From: Gammaproteobacteria bacterium
Lineage (GTDB): Bacteria; Pseudomonadota; Gammaproteobacteria; Eutrophobiales; Eutrophobiaceae
Direction: 5' to 3'
Assembly (NCBI GenBank): GCA_965116495.1
Contig: OZ220696.1
Span: 2,848,001-2,912,000, forward strand
DNA: 64,000 nt
Shown piece after piece: positions 1 to 8,112 of the stretch. The notes under the pieces were generated by a model, which was not told where the DNA came from, did no database searches, and saw only the letters and a list, made by a program, of their open reading frames with translations. Position 1 is the first letter of the stretch. Each line of letters opens with the position of its first letter. Made by a program: the position numbers and the translations under genes.

Positions 1-449
1 ATATGCCCTTTCTCGGCAGGATAACCCGCATGCTGCATGCGGCCAGGCTGACCCGGTCCCTGGCCATCCTGACGAAGAGCGGCGTCCCGTTGCTCGAAGC
101 GCTGGAGATAAGCGGCAGGATGGTCATCAACATTCCCCTGCGTACGGCAGTGGACGACGCCGCTGTGCGCGTGCGCGAGGGGGGGCGCCTGCACAAGGCC
201 CTGGATGACTGTGGCTGGTTTCCGCCGTTACTGGTCCAGATGCTGGCTTCGGGTGAAGAAAGCGGGGAGCTCGATGATATGCTGGCGCGCGCCGCCTCCT
301 ACGAGGAGAACGAACTGCAGACCGTGCTGACCGCCGCCGCAGCCCTGTTCGAACCTCTCATAATCCTGGTTATGGGCGCGGTCGTGCTGGTTATCGTGCT
401 GGCGATCCTGCTGCCCATTTTTGAAATGAACCAACTGGTGGGTCTCTGA
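1..449 (+). CDS. gspF: Type II secretion inner-membrane platform protein GspF, C-terminal part (5' end outside window)
   Basis: SGVPLLEAL, GEESGELDDML and EPLIILVMG...LAILLPIFEMN motifs of the GspF/PilC C-terminal domain; followed by gspG. Confidence 0.95.
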   Translation, partial: MPFLGRITRMLHAARLTRSLAILTKSGVPLLEALEISGRMVINIPLRTAVDDAAVRVREGGRLHKALDDCGWFPPLLVQMLASGEESGELDDMLARAASYEENELQTVLTAAAALFEPLIILVMGAVVLVIVLAILLPIFEMNQLVGL

Positions 450-463
450 AGTGAGGTTGTGTT

Positions 464-919
464 ATGACAGAACATTCCCGTAAATATTCCGTCCCGCGTT
501 CCCCCGCACGCCGTGACCGGCAACGAGGCTTTACCCTGATTGAATTAATGGTCGTGGTGGTTATCCTCAGCATTCTGGCCGCGGTCGTCATCCCCCGGGT
601 AATGGACCGGCCGGAGCAGGCGCGCATCAGCGCCGCAAAAAACAATATCCGCGCCATCTCCTCGGCGCTGAACATGTATAAACTGGACAACTTCAGGTAT
701 CCGACAACGGACCAGGGCCTGGAGGCGCTGGTAGCGCCCCCGGACCTGGAACCGCAGCCGGAAAACTGGAACCGCTATATGAACAAGATCCCCCTGGACC
801 CCTGGGGCAGCGAATTCCTGTATTTGCAGCCCGGCGAGCGCGCCGAAGTGGATGTTTTCAGTCCCGGCCCAAACAAACGCCCCGGCGATGAGGATGATAT
901 CGGATCCTGGGGCTTGTAA
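464..919 (+). CDS. gspG: T2SS major pseudopilin GspG
   Basis: Prepilin site G|FTLIELMVVVVIL; YKLDN..YPTTDQGLEALV, DPWG and DDIG motifs; GAGG RBS. Confidence 0.97.
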   Translation: MTEHSRKYSVPRSPARRDRQRGFTLIELMVVVVILSILAAVVIPRVMDRPEQARISAAKNNIRAISSALNMYKLDNFRYPTTDQGLEALVAPPDLEPQPENWNRYMNKIPLDPWGSEFLYLQPGERAEVDVFSPGPNKRPGDEDDIGSWGL

Positions 920-947
920 GGAACCTCTGATTAAGTCCAGAGCTTCC
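920..947. mobile_element. Collapsed IS5-family-like terminal inverted repeat remnant
   Basis: GGAACCTCTGATTAAGTC directly followed by partial inverted copy CAGAGCTTCC; related copy at 13470-13511. Confidence 0.5.
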
Positions 948-1011
948 ATAACAGGGTTCGCCAGTCAGGCCCATTCCCGGCAACCTTAACACAAACCTGA
1001 CGGCAACAATA

Positions 1012-1506
1012 TTGCTTCCGACAGCAACAACCGGGCGGGCGGGAAACGCGGGGTTCACCCTGCTTGAACTGCTGGTTGTGATCATGCTCATCGGCGTGCT
1101 GCTGAGCCTGGTTGCGCCAGGCCTTGACCGCGCACGCGGCAGGGGGCTGGCTGACTCCGCCGACAGGTTGTGCCTGACGCTCAACCACGCCAGGCAGGAG
1201 GCTGTGCTCACGTCCCGACCATGGCGCCTGGAGGTTGACCCGGCGGAGAAAACAGTCCGCTTCCGGTATCGCCGCGACGAGGAATTTATCCCGTTGAACA
1301 ACCCGCCGTTTACAGAAACCCGGTTACCACCGGGCATTGAGATAGCCGAACTCACTATCAACGGCCAACCTGTCGCGGGTTCCGGGCAGGTATACCTGTT
1401 CCCCACGGGCGCACAGGATGCGTTCAGCCTGACGCTGGTCGAGGGAGAACGCCGGCGCACGTTGTCCATGGGTTCCGTGGGCGCTGCGGAGGTGCGCCAT
1501 CAGTAA
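1012..1506 (+). CDS. gspH: T2SS minor pseudopilin GspH
   Basis: G|FTLLELLVV prepilin motif, ARQEAVL and FPTG motifs, position after gspG; TTG start uncertain. Confidence 0.9.
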   Translation: MLPTATTGRAGNAGFTLLELLVVIMLIGVLLSLVAPGLDRARGRGLADSADRLCLTLNHARQEAVLTSRPWRLEVDPAEKTVRFRYRRDEEFIPLNNPPFTETRLPPGIEIAELTINGQPVAGSGQVYLFPTGAQDAFSLTLVEGERRRTLSMGSVGAAEVRHQ

Positions 1507-1522
1507 AATTGCCCATTATCCT

Positions 1523-1879
1523 GTGCGCGGCTTCACCCTGCTGGAAGTTCTGGTTGCATTGACGGTCATGGTATTTGCCCTGGCCGCCTTCTGGAAGGCG
1601 CTTAACATGAGCGCCGCCTTGTCCGGCGCCTTACCGGAGAGGGTGCTGGCAAGATGGGTAGCGCACAACCGCGTCGTCCTGCGCCAGGCCGGACGGCAGT
1701 GGCCGGAAACGCAGGTGTACCGGGGCCGCGAAGAGATGGCGGGAAGGACGTGGTACTGGGAAGAAGAGGTAAGCGCCACCAGCGCGCCGCGACTGCGACG
1801 CATAACGGTCAGGGTCGGCGCCGCGCCCGAGGCGCTGACACTGGCAACCCTGGAAGGCTTTATCAGGCAGCCGGACTAG
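1523..1879 (+). CDS. gspI: T2SS minor pseudopilin GspI
   Basis: G|FTLLEVLVAL, ARWVAHN, EEMAGRTWYW, RRITVRV motifs. Confidence 0.93.
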   Translation: MRGFTLLEVLVALTVMVFALAAFWKALNMSAALSGALPERVLARWVAHNRVVLRQAGRQWPETQVYRGREEMAGRTWYWEEEVSATSAPRLRRITVRVGAAPEALTLATLEGFIRQPD

Positions 1880-1920
1880 AGTCCGCATATCTTACCAGGT
1901 GATGCACCCTCGCTACCGGA

Positions 1921-2406
1921 CTACCTGGGCAGCAATGTCACTTCCGCCATGACCTGCCCGTTGCGGTCCCGGAGGCCGGTCACACGCATTCCGGTCACGC
2001 GGGCATGACCTTCATCCTGCAACCGGGCAATGAGCGCCAGCAGGTCGGGAAAACTGACCTTGTCGAAACTGAGCGCTACGCCTTGCCCGGCCCCGGGCTG
2101 CATGGCGGACAGCTGCTCGCGCAGGCCGGCTTCGTGCAGCAACGTTTCAACCCGTGCCGCAGACAGCGCCGGTTGCGCTTGTTCCCGCTCACCTGCCGCA
2201 GTTGCCTTGCGTAGCGTTTCGACCTGGTTAACGTGGGCCTGCATCCAGGCAAGGTCCTCTTGCAAACCCGGCAATTCGGCAGACAAACGACGGCGCTGCT
2301 CCAGCAGCGGTTCCAGCGCCAGCAACAGCGCAACAGCCGACAGCAGTACGCCTGCAGCCACCAGGCCCAGCCTTTCCCTGGCGCTGCGTTGCCGCCACCA
2401 GTTCAT
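1921..2406 (-). CDS. gspM: T2SS protein GspM
   Basis: WW..RSARER N-terminus, single TM helix, LAWMQ, start overlaps gspL stop (ATGA). Confidence 0.9.
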   Translation of the reverse strand: MNWWRQRSARERLGLVAAGVLLSAVALLLALEPLLEQRRRLSAELPGLQEDLAWMQAHVNQVETLRKATAAGEREQAQPALSAARVETLLHEAGLREQLSAMQPGAGQGVALSFDKVSFPDLLALIARLQDEGHARVTGMRVTGLRDRNGQVMAEVTLLPR

Positions 2407-3671
2407 GATCGCCCTGCCAGACGCATGCGGCTTACCACCCTGTCGTCCTTGAGTTCTGCGTTTTCCACTTCCGGTTTCAGTCCGGTAGCAGACAGTTGCT
2501 CTTGCAGCGCTTCCAACGCCTCAAAGTCCGGCAGGCTCAAATCCAGGACCAGTTGTCGCCCGTCGAAGTTGAATGCCGTGAGACCTGCACCGGCGCCGTT
2601 GCCCAGCAGCGGCGCCAGCCGTTCCAACCAGAACAGGATATCAATACCCTGTTCCCGCCCACCGGTGACCGGCCTGGCTGCGGCATTCAGCCATTGTTCC
2701 ATCTGGTGGCGCGGGTTGACCAGGCGCCTGGCGTCGGGGAAAGCCTGCCGGTAGGCAGTTTCGATAGCGGTTGTCAGGCGCTCATGCTGTGCCTGTATGC
2801 GGGAATACTCAACAAACCACTGCGCGGTCAATACCAGGACCAGGGCCGCAGCCAGGCCCGCGGACGGAATGAGCCGGCGTGACTGCAGTGACCTGTCCCG
2901 GCCCGGTTGGTACTTTCCCGCCAGCATATTAACCTGCTCCGGCGGAGCGGGCTGCCGCGCCAGGCAGGCGGGACGGGACAGGTCCGCCTGCGTCCGCGCC
3001 AGGTCAATGCCACGCTCGGCCAGCCAGTCCAGCCAGTTCCCCACCAGTTCGTACTGTTCCCGGTCGCGCACCCGCACTTCCAGCCTGGCGGGGGGCTGCC
3101 GGGAATGTTCCAGGGCAAGCTGCAATCCGGCGGGAGGTTGCGCTCCAACATCCTCATCCAGCGCGGCGCCGCCGGCTGCCGCGGGAAACCGCAGCAATAA
3201 CGGCTTTTCCAGGGCATCCAGGAACCAGGCGCCGGGCGCGGGCTCCAGCAACAGCAGGTACTCCGGCGTCAACAGGTCGAGACGCAGGCCGCGCGCCTGT
3301 GCGGCAGCGGTCCACGCCATCATCTGTTCGTGTTCCACCACTGCGACCGGAGTCCCGTCCTTGCCGGCAGGTCTTGTCAGCGGCACAAAATGGTATGTCT
3401 CCGGCGTCCGGAACAACCTGTCCTCAAGCGCAAAAGGCAAGGCGGCAAAAAAACGTTTCCGGTGACGCGTCGGAATGCTGACCGAATGTATGCGCACCCG
3501 GACGCCGGGCGCACAGAGCAGTATGCGCGCGCCCGGCGGGGCCGGCAGGGACTCCCAGTCAGGACATTCCCCTTCCTGTAACGGAACGTCCTCCCCGCGC
3601 CCGCGCCTGGCATAATACAGGCCCTGCCGGCGCAACTGGACCCACCAGTAGTCATTGCGCTCATCCGTCAT
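2403..3671 (-). CDS. gspL: T2SS protein GspL
   Basis: ALPFALEDRL, vNML.G.Y, FPDARRLVNPRHQM, DFEALEAL motifs; one TM helix. Confidence 0.92.
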   Translation of the reverse strand: MTDERNDYWWVQLRRQGLYYARRGRGEDVPLQEGECPDWESLPAPPGARILLCAPGVRVRIHSVSIPTRHRKRFFAALPFALEDRLFRTPETYHFVPLTRPAGKDGTPVAVVEHEQMMAWTAAAQARGLRLDLLTPEYLLLLEPAPGAWFLDALEKPLLLRFPAAAGGAALDEDVGAQPPAGLQLALEHSRQPPARLEVRVRDREQYELVGNWLDWLAERGIDLARTQADLSRPACLARQPAPPEQVNMLAGKYQPGRDRSLQSRRLIPSAGLAAALVLVLTAQWFVEYSRIQAQHERLTTAIETAYRQAFPDARRLVNPRHQMEQWLNAAARPVTGGREQGIDILFWLERLAPLLGNGAGAGLTAFNFDGRQLVLDLSLPDFEALEALQEQLSATGLKPEVENAELKDDRVVSRMRLAGRS

Positions 3672-3890
3672 TCCCGCGTCTCCTTCTCGTCATTCCCGCA
3701 TCCCCCCCTCGTCCCGCGTCCCCCCTCGTCATTCCCGCGCAGGCGGGATTCCTGTGGAAAAACTGTCCCGAAGGGACACCTTATAAGGTGTCGCAAGCGA
3801 CAATCTAACAGACTGGATTCCCGCTTGCGCGGGAATGACGAGGGGAAGGCCGGGCAGACCCGGGGAGACCCGGGGGCGGTAATGACGAGG
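3667..3890. repeat. Cluster of GTCATTCCCGC-N-GCGGGAATC(CAG) (dRS3/REP-like) palindromes and half copies with an internal multi-hairpin insert
   Basis: GTCATTCCCGC at 3667, 3689, 3728; inverted CTGGATTCCCGCTTGCGCGGGAATGACG at 3813-3840; hairpins at 3764-3802. Confidence 0.85.
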
Positions 3891-3899
3891 GATAAGAGA

Positions 3900-4910
3900 C
3901 TAATCATACTCGCGCCAGTGACCCCGCACCGAGACGCCGTCCCCTGCACGCTTGTAAAGCGTTGCCGTGCGCCGCCGGGCATTGCCGGTCTCTACCAGGG
4001 TGTGGGCGAGAAAGAACTCAGTCTTGACGTCAAGCAACTGCTTCAGAGTTTCACAATTGGGTGTCAGCTGCTCCATTTTACAATAATTTTGGATATCCTT
4101 TTGTGATTTGAACGGTTCCTGTCTGGCTTTCCCCCTCAACTGCTCGGCTTTTATCAATGCCTGCGCTTGCGCCAGCTCGAGGCTGGTGAGGACTGCCGCC
4201 AGCACCTCCCGGCTGGCCGTATTGATATTGATCTTCTTCACATCCGGCGGCAGCGCGCTGACGTACGGTCTTAACTTGTACCATACCTTCCTGCCCACGC
4301 CGCGCACCAGGCGCAGTTCTGCGGGGTCATTCAAGGGCTTGTTGGCGGCAACGTAAGGCGGATTCATACCCAGGTAGTAACCATCTTCAGCGCCCCAGGG
4401 GCCGTAGACGTCACCACCTGTATCCATCCAGTCAACAATCGCTTCGGCTATGCCCGGATTCAGTTCCAGGATACGCAGCAGTTGTTCGAGCGTTTTCCTG
4501 GCTTGCGCGTTGACCCTGTTCTCTTGCACCAGGTTATTCAGGTTGATGCGCGCCTGCATGTCTTCCATGCCTTCCCCATAGCCCCGTACAAAGCCGCGAC
4601 CGACCGGCAACGGCGGCGGGGGCTGCGCCCATGTATCCTGGAAGCTGTCGTAAGCACGATCATCCTCGTCCAGGATAAGGCCCGCCCAGTCCTGAACCGC
4701 GCGCACGGCCAGCGCAGACTGCAGGAAATCCGCCCCGTTCCCCACCTGGCGTATCCAGACCTGGTTGGAAAAACTCAGGCGTCCGACTATCGCCGTTGAT
4801 ACTGCCAGGACCAGCAGTACCGTGACCAGCGCCACCCCGCGCGCGCCGGGGGGGGCGGGGACGGACTTGAAGTCCGTCCCCGGGGTCGGCGCGCCCCCCC
4901 TCACTGGCAA
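3900..4910 (-). CDS. gspK: T2SS minor pseudopilin GspK
   Basis: RG|VALVTVLLVLAV, D.WA, EDMQARINLNNL, AIVDWMD, ELRLVRG, ININTAS motifs. Start probably TTG 4910, GTG 4904 or MITE-supplied ATG 4940; the extension to 5207 only reads through the MITE. Confidence 0.92.
   Translation of the reverse strand: MPVRGGAPTPGTDFKSVPAPPGARGVALVTVLLVLAVSTAIVGRLSFSNQVWIRQVGNGADFLQSALAVRAVQDWAGLILDEDDRAYDSFQDTWAQPPPPLPVGRGFVRGYGEGMEDMQARINLNNLVQENRVNAQARKTLEQLLRILELNPGIAEAIVDWMDTGGDVYGPWGAEDGYYLGMNPPYVAANKPLNDPAELRLVRGVGRKVWYKLRPYVSALPPDVKKININTASREVLAAVLTSLELAQAQALIKAEQLRGKARQEPFKSQKDIQNYCKMEQLTPNCETLKQLLDVKTEFFLAHTLVETGNARRRTATLYKRAGDGVSVRGHWREYD
4856..4882. repeat. GGGGAC(A/G)G-family short palindrome inside the gspK leader (encodes GTDFKSVP)
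   Basis: Perfect palindrome CGGGGACGGACTT-G-AAGTCCGTCCCCG. Confidence 0.85.
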
Positions 4911-4912
4911 AC

Positions 4913-5179
4913 TAGTACTCTTTCCAGGTGATATTGACATGTTCAGCGGGTCGGGAAGCGGTTGAGCGCCAGGCGCGCCGTGCAGGTAATGGCGCGCCCT
5001 TGCCAAGCGGCGCAACACCGCGGGCGACCGCTTCCCGACCCGCCCGCAGGGAGCCAAGCAGCGGCGCCAATACAGCGTTGCAGTCCTTGACAACGACTCG
5101 CCATTCTCTGCGGACTGCGCCTTGTCTTGGCGCCGCTGCTTGGCTCTGAACATGTCAATATCACCTGGAAAGAGTACTA
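4913..5179. mobile_element. MITE: 263 bp between TA dinucleotides, 34-bp perfect terminal inverted repeats including the TA
   Basis: TAGTACTCTTTCCAGGTGATATTGACATGTTCAG (4913-4946) is the exact reverse complement of 5146-5179; internal stems 4946-4962/5027-5043 (17 bp) and 5051-5070/5127-5146 (20 bp). Confidence 0.9.
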
Positions 5180-6013
5180 ACGTGGGTGTCCAACATGGAA
5201 CAACCACCTGTAAGCGCCTGCGTCTTCCAGTTCTATGGTCAGCTCCACCGCGCGGGGAAGAGCTTCGTCGTTACCAGCGAGTCCCTGCGACTCGCGAGGC
5301 GTCCCCAGCGCGAAGGGAAGATCTTGCGTTCCTCCGATATTCGTCGATGGCGGCCAGCGCGCCAGCCATAAGCCGGCGTCCGCCAGGTAGCGCAGACGGA
5401 TATCCCCGATACCTTCCAGAAGCAGGTTGTCCCGGGACAGCATTCCATACGGCCGGTCGAGTCGCGCCCAGGTCCGGCGGTAAAGCCCGCCATCGTCAAG
5501 GCGGTAGCCGACGCGCAGGAACGGGCTGGCCGGCCCCGCGTGAAAATCGGCATTCACGCTCCGGGTAAACTCCAGCACGTTCTCATAAGCCGCGGAATTA
5601 CCATATTCATGACCGTTAAAGGGCTGGCCGGCGCCGCCCGGCGCCCGGTCCACAGCCTGTTCGAAGTCGGCATGAACCAGGTTGAAGACCGTCTCCAGCC
5701 GCTGCCAGAAACGTCTTTGCTCCTGCAACCGGTCCTGCACAACCAGCCCCTGGCTCAACGCCCCGTACGCGGCGGCGGCCACCAGTGAGAAAATCGCCAT
5801 GGCAACGACCAGTTCCAGCAGGGTCAATCCCGCGTAGCGACCCCTGGCTCGCGGGGACAGGCTTAAGCAGGCCCCCGCATGTTGTAAGCGCGGGTCCGTC
5901 CCCCGTAAGCAGGGTCCCCTTACAAGGAATGTGCGTTCACCGGACTCTGGTCCCCGCTTACGGCGTGCGGGGACAGGCCTGCACGGGAGCGGTACTACGG
6001 GCAACAGTGACAT
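5177..6013 (-). CDS. gspJ: T2SS minor pseudopilin GspJ (unusually long leader)
   Basis: G|LTLLELVVAMAIF, DFEQAVDR, LEFTR, LRVGYRL, WPP, LPRAVELTIE motifs; nearest in-frame ATG upstream of the cleavage site is 6013. Confidence 0.92.
   Translation of the reverse strand: MSLLPVVPLPCRPVPARRKRGPESGERTFLVRGPCLRGTDPRLQHAGACLSLSPRARGRYAGLTLLELVVAMAIFSLVAAAAYGALSQGLVVQDRLQEQRRFWQRLETVFNLVHADFEQAVDRAPGGAGQPFNGHEYGNSAAYENVLEFTRSVNADFHAGPASPFLRVGYRLDDGGLYRRTWARLDRPYGMLSRDNLLLEGIGDIRLRYLADAGLWLARWPPSTNIGGTQDLPFALGTPRESQGLAGNDEALPRAVELTIELEDAGAYRWLFHVGHPR
5853..5903. repeat. Composite GGGGACAG palindrome with nested 28-nt hairpin, in frame in the gspJ leader
   Basis: GGGGACAGGCTTAA[GCAGGCCCCCGCATGTTGTAAGCGCGGG]TCCGTCCCC; 44/52 identical to 52976-53027 by manual alignment. 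Confidence 0.85.
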
Positions 6014-6024
6014 GATTGCAACCC

Positions 6025-6071
6025 GAAAAAATAATCTGCGTTCATCTGCGTCATCTGCGGAAAAAAATAAT
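6025..6071. repeat. ATCTGCG triplet repeat flanked by GAAAAAATAAT-like direct repeats
   Basis: ATCTGCG-TTC-ATCTGCG-TC-ATCTGCGG at 6034-6060 between dnaA and gspJ. Confidence 0.6.
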
Positions 6072-6101
6072 ACCCCCGACTGATGTTCCACCAGGCTGAT
6101 G

Positions 6102-7418
6102 CTACATAGTCAGGATACTAAGCAGGTTCTTGTAGTCTTCCTCGACCCTGTTGTCATTTTGCCGTAATTCCGCGACCTTTCTGTGGGCATGCAATACAGT
6201 AGTGTGATCGCGTCCGCCGAACGCGTCTCCTATCTCGGGAAGGCTGTGGTTGGTCAATTCTTTCGCCAGGGCCATGGCTACCTGCCTGGGACGCGCAATG
6301 GACCGGCTTCTCCGTTTTGACAGCAGGTCCGCAACCTTGATTTTGTAATACCCGGCGATAACCTTCTGAATGTTCTCCAGGGTAACCTGGCGTTCCTGCA
6401 ACAGTAACAAATCCCGTAGCGCCAGCTGGCAGAATTCGATATCGATGGGCTGTCCGGTCAGGTTGGCGTTGGCGATGACCCGGTTCAGGGCGCCTTCCAG
6501 TTCGCGCACGTTCGAAATGAAGCGTTTGGCAATAAAAAAAGCCACGTTGTCCGGAAGATCAATTCCTGCGTTTTCCGCCTTGGACTTGACAATGGCAACA
6601 CGGGTCTCGTATTCCGGCGGTTCTATGGCAACGGTCAACCCGCTGCTGAAGCGCGACCTGAGCCGGTCCTCGATGCCGTCAACCTCCTTCGGGTAGCGGT
6701 CGCAGGTCAGGACCACCTGGTTTTCCCCTTCCAGCAGAGTATTGAACGTATAGAAAAACTCCTCCTGCGACCTGTCCTTACCGGCAAAAAACTGTATGTC
6801 ATCAATAAGCAACACATCCAGTGTGCGGTAATTTCGTTTGAACTCGTCAATGGTATTGTGGCGCAGCGCTTTCACCATGTCGGCAACAAACCGTTCCGAG
6901 TGCAGGTAGGCAACGTTCATGTTCGACCGGCCTTCAAGAATGGAGTTGCCTATGGCGTGCATCAAGTGGGTTTTGCCAAGGCCGACGCCACCACACATGA
7001 ATAAGGGATTGTACGCCGTACCGGGATTTTCCGCGACCTGTATGGCCGCAGCCCGGGCGAGTTGATTCGACTTTCCTTCCACGAATGAGGAAAACCGGTA
7101 ACTCCGGTTAAGGTTCTCCGGCAGATAATTGCGATTGAATACCGGTTCCTGTGTGCGCTGCCGCCGCCCTGCGCCCGTCTTCTGGCTGCCGACTTCAAGA
7201 GACAGGCTCAGCTTTGCGCCTTGTTCCTGTGAACGCAGTAATTCCTCGATGCGCTGCAGGTATTTTTCACTGACCCAATCCAGGACAAACCGGTTCGGTG
7301 CGAGCAATCGCACTCCGGCCTTGCCCTCTATGGCCTGCAACGGACGAATCCAGGTATTGAACTGTTCTGGAGGCAACTCTCCCGCAAGTCGTTCCAGGCA
7401 TGTTTTCCAGGCTGACAT
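6102..7418 (-). CDS. dnaA: Chromosomal replication initiator DnaA
   Basis: [18 protein letters not shown], Walker [38 protein letters not shown]. Confidence 0.99.
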   Translation of the reverse strand: MSAWKTCLERLAGELPPEQFNTWIRPLQAIEGKAGVRLLAPNRFVLDWVSEKYLQRIEELLRSQEQGAKLSLSLEVGSQKTGAGRRQRTQEPVFNRNYLPENLNRSYRFSSFVEGKSNQLARAAAIQVAENPGTAYNPLFMCGGVGLGKTHLMHAIGNSILEGRSNMNVAYLHSERFVADMVKALRHNTIDEFKRNYRTLDVLLIDDIQFFAGKDRSQEEFFYTFNTLLEGENQVVLTCDRYPKEVDGIEDRLRSRFSSGLTVAIEPPEYETRVAIVKSKAENAGIDLPDNVAFFIAKRFISNVRELEGALNRVIANANLTGQPIDIEFCQLALRDLLLLQERQVTLENIQKVIAGYYKIKVADLLSKRRSRSIARPRQVAMALAKELTNHSLPEIGDAFGGRDHTTVLHAHRKVAELRQNDNRVEEDYKNLLSILTM

Positions 7419-7543
7419 CTCTATGAAACCCGCACCCTCATCGGAAAAAATACAAACAGAAATGGGCCGTCAAGTGTATACCTCTTGAACGGACTTATCC
7501 AATAGAAAATCCCCATATTTCCCGAATCCGTTCCTCACTTTCA

Positions 7544-7573
7544 TTGACAAGCAGGAGAACAAGAAAGTAGAAT
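7544..7573 (+). promoter_or_regulatory. sigma70-type promoter of the rpmH-rnpA-yidD-yidC operon
   Basis: TTGACA-N18-TAGAAT, 33 nt upstream of the rpmH ATG. Confidence 0.7.
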
Positions 7574-7606
7574 GCCCGCGATGATCGGAAATAATACAGA
7601 AGGCCA

Positions 7607-7741
7607 ATGAAACGTACATACCAGCCCAGCAATATCAAGCGAAAACGCCGTCACGGTTTTCGCGTTCGCATGCGCACCAAAGCCGGGCGGCAAATATTAA
7701 AATCGCGCAGGGCCAAAGGTAGGAAGCGCTTGTCGGCCTGA
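7607..7741 (+). CDS. rpmH: 50S ribosomal protein L34 (44 aa; below the ORF-track size cutoff)
   Basis: Manual translation [44 protein letters not shown]; divergent from dnaA. Confidence 0.98.
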   Translation: MKRTYQPSNIKRKRRHGFRVRMRTKAGRQILKSRRAKGRKRLSA

Positions 7742-7752
7742 CCCGTATATCC

Positions 7753-8112
7753 GTGTCACCTGAACGTCGCCGTTTCCAGCGAAAGAACAGACTGAACAGC
7801 GCAGCGGATTTCAACAACGTTTTTAAAACATCCTGTCGCTCCAGGGATTCGCAGTTTGTTATTCTGGCGCGCAGGAACGGCAGGCGCCATGCGCGGTTGG
7901 GACTGGCAATTTCCAGGAAGGCGGTAAAAACGGCTGTATTCAGAAACAGGGTAAAACGCACCATACGGGAAAGTTTCCGCAACCACGCAGAATTATTGTC
8001 AGGTCTTGACATAGTGGTCCTGGCGCAAAAGCAGGTAAAGTCACATGAAAGCAGGTTTATGAGCCAGTCTCTCAGAACACATTGGCAAAGGATTCTGCAA
8101 TGCGATCAGTAG
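7753..8112 (+). CDS. rnpA: Ribonuclease P protein component
   Basis: RLGLAISRK...[19 protein letters not shown] motif; synteny. Confidence 0.97.
   Translation: MSPERRRFQRKNRLNSAADFNNVFKTSCRSRDSQFVILARRNGRRHARLGLAISRKAVKTAVFRNRVKRTIRESFRNHAELLSGLDIVVLAQKQVKSHESRFMSQSLRTHWQRILQCDQ

Noticed and set aside
3667-3890. Possible CRISPR array or the 104-aa ORF 3668..3982
   Set aside because: Repeats are irregularly spaced, partly inverted, have no unique equal-length spacers and no cas genes nearby; the ORF is a translation of REP-like DNA (SSFPRKRES, SRLRGND).
4911-5207. 99-aa N-terminal extension of GspK
   Set aside because: It is read-through of the MITE and the gspJ end; GspK homology starts at RG|VALV.
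7419-7606. oriC between dnaA and rpmH
   Set aside because: Only one 7/9 DnaA-box match (TTATCCAAT), no box cluster and no clear AT-rich unwinding repeats.
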